The notes under the pieces are model-generated. The model did no database searches. It was not told where the DNA came from and was given only the letters and a program-made list of their open reading frames with translations. Positions 63,414-64,000 of a stretch of 64,000 nt of DNA are shown here, piece after piece. The DNA is from Acidobacteriota bacterium (GTDB taxonomy: Bacteria; Acidobacteriota; Thermoanaerobaculia; Gp7-AA8): the NCBI GenBank assembly GCA_019244185.1, contig JAFATB010000023.1, positions 96,001-160,000 of the forward strand. Reading direction: 5' to 3'. A program made the translations under genes and the position numbers. Within the stretch, counting starts at the first letter, position 1. Each line of letters opens with the position of its first letter.

Positions 63414-64000
63414 ATGAACGTCTTCCTCACCGGCGCCTCCGGCTACCTCGCCTCCCGCCTCATCCCCGAGCTTCTCTCGCGCGGCCACACCGTGCGCGGG
63501 CTCGTGCGGCGCGGTTCGGAGCGGAAGCTGCCGCGCGGCGCGGAGGCGGTCGTCGGCGATGCGCTCGATGCGTCGACGTACTCGCATGCGATCGCGCCGT
63601 CCGACACGTTCGTGCATCTCGTCGGCGTCGCGCATCCGTCGCCGGCGAAAGCGGCGGAATTCCGGAGCATCGACCTGGTGTCGATCCGGCAGGCCGTCCA
63701 TGCGGTACGCGGGAGTTCCGTCCGGCATTTCGTCTATCTCTCCGTCGCGCAACCCGCGCCGGCGATGTGCGAGTACGTCGCCGTGCGAGCGGAAGGGGAG
63801 CGGCTCGTGCGCGACAGCGCTCTCGCCGCGACCTTCGTCCGCCCGTGGTACGTCCTCGGCCCCGGCCACCGCTGGCCCTACCTGCTGCTCCCTGCGTACT
63901 GGATCTGGGGCGCGTTTCCGTCACAGCGCGACACCGCGCGCCGGCTGTATCCCGTGAAGCTCGCCGACGTCGTGCGCGCGATGGCCGACGCGATCGAGCA
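63414..64000 (+). CDS. NAD(P)-binding epimerase/SDR-like protein, 3' end runs off the window
   Basis: Hand translation: MNVFLTGASGYL...VHLVGV...RPWYVLGPG. Confidence 0.88.
   Translation, partial: MNVFLTGASGYLASRLIPELLSRGHTVRGLVRRGSERKLPRGAEAVVGDALDASTYSHAIAPSDTFVHLVGVAHPSPAKAAEFRSIDLVSIRQAVHAVRGSSVRHFVYLSVAQPAPAMCEYVAVRAEGERLVRDSALAATFVRPWYVLGPGHRWPYLLLPAYWIWGAFPSQRDTARRLYPVKLADVVRAMADAIE

Noticed and set aside
1-64000. Many long overlapping or antisense ORFs in the track (e.g. 268-1380+, 27979-29916+, 40059-42227-, 5' extensions of 47796-50657- and 50903-53830+)
   Set aside because: Arg/Ala/Pro-rich shadow frames expected at ~70% GC; each overlaps a gene with clear family motifs.

Overview
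Very GC-rich bacterial chromosomal window (roughly 70% GC by eye). Gene style and content suggest Acidobacteriota, possibly Thermoanaerobaculia; this is an inference. It holds about 60 densely packed CDS: an EPS glycosyltransferase cluster, a MocR regulon, secreted hydrolases including four beta-lactamase-family serine hydrolases, a stress-type cluster (ino1, ChaB, hemerythrin, methyltransferase, permuted glycoside hydrolase), hicAB, msrA, BlaI/BlaR1, LytS/LytTR, an ECF sigma/anti-sigma pair and an S1-domain protein. There are two tRNAs (Glu-CTC, Gly-CCC), each followed by an accessory-looking gene (a GH5-like barrel; a SIR2-TPR candidate defence protein). The most striking unexplained signal is a ~230-nt non-coding unit at 53843-54075 on the minus strand. 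It has its own sigma70-like promoter and terminator and is built from three tandem, structurally equivalent stem-loop modules with a conserved RAY/UGUYAA internal loop, transcribed divergently from the S1 gene. Other non-coding features are a 153-bp near-perfect palindrome, a heptamer-repeat inverted-repeat element with a solo arm beside hicAB, and a recurrent leaderless-promoter signature. All calls come from reading motifs by eye; no database searches were run.
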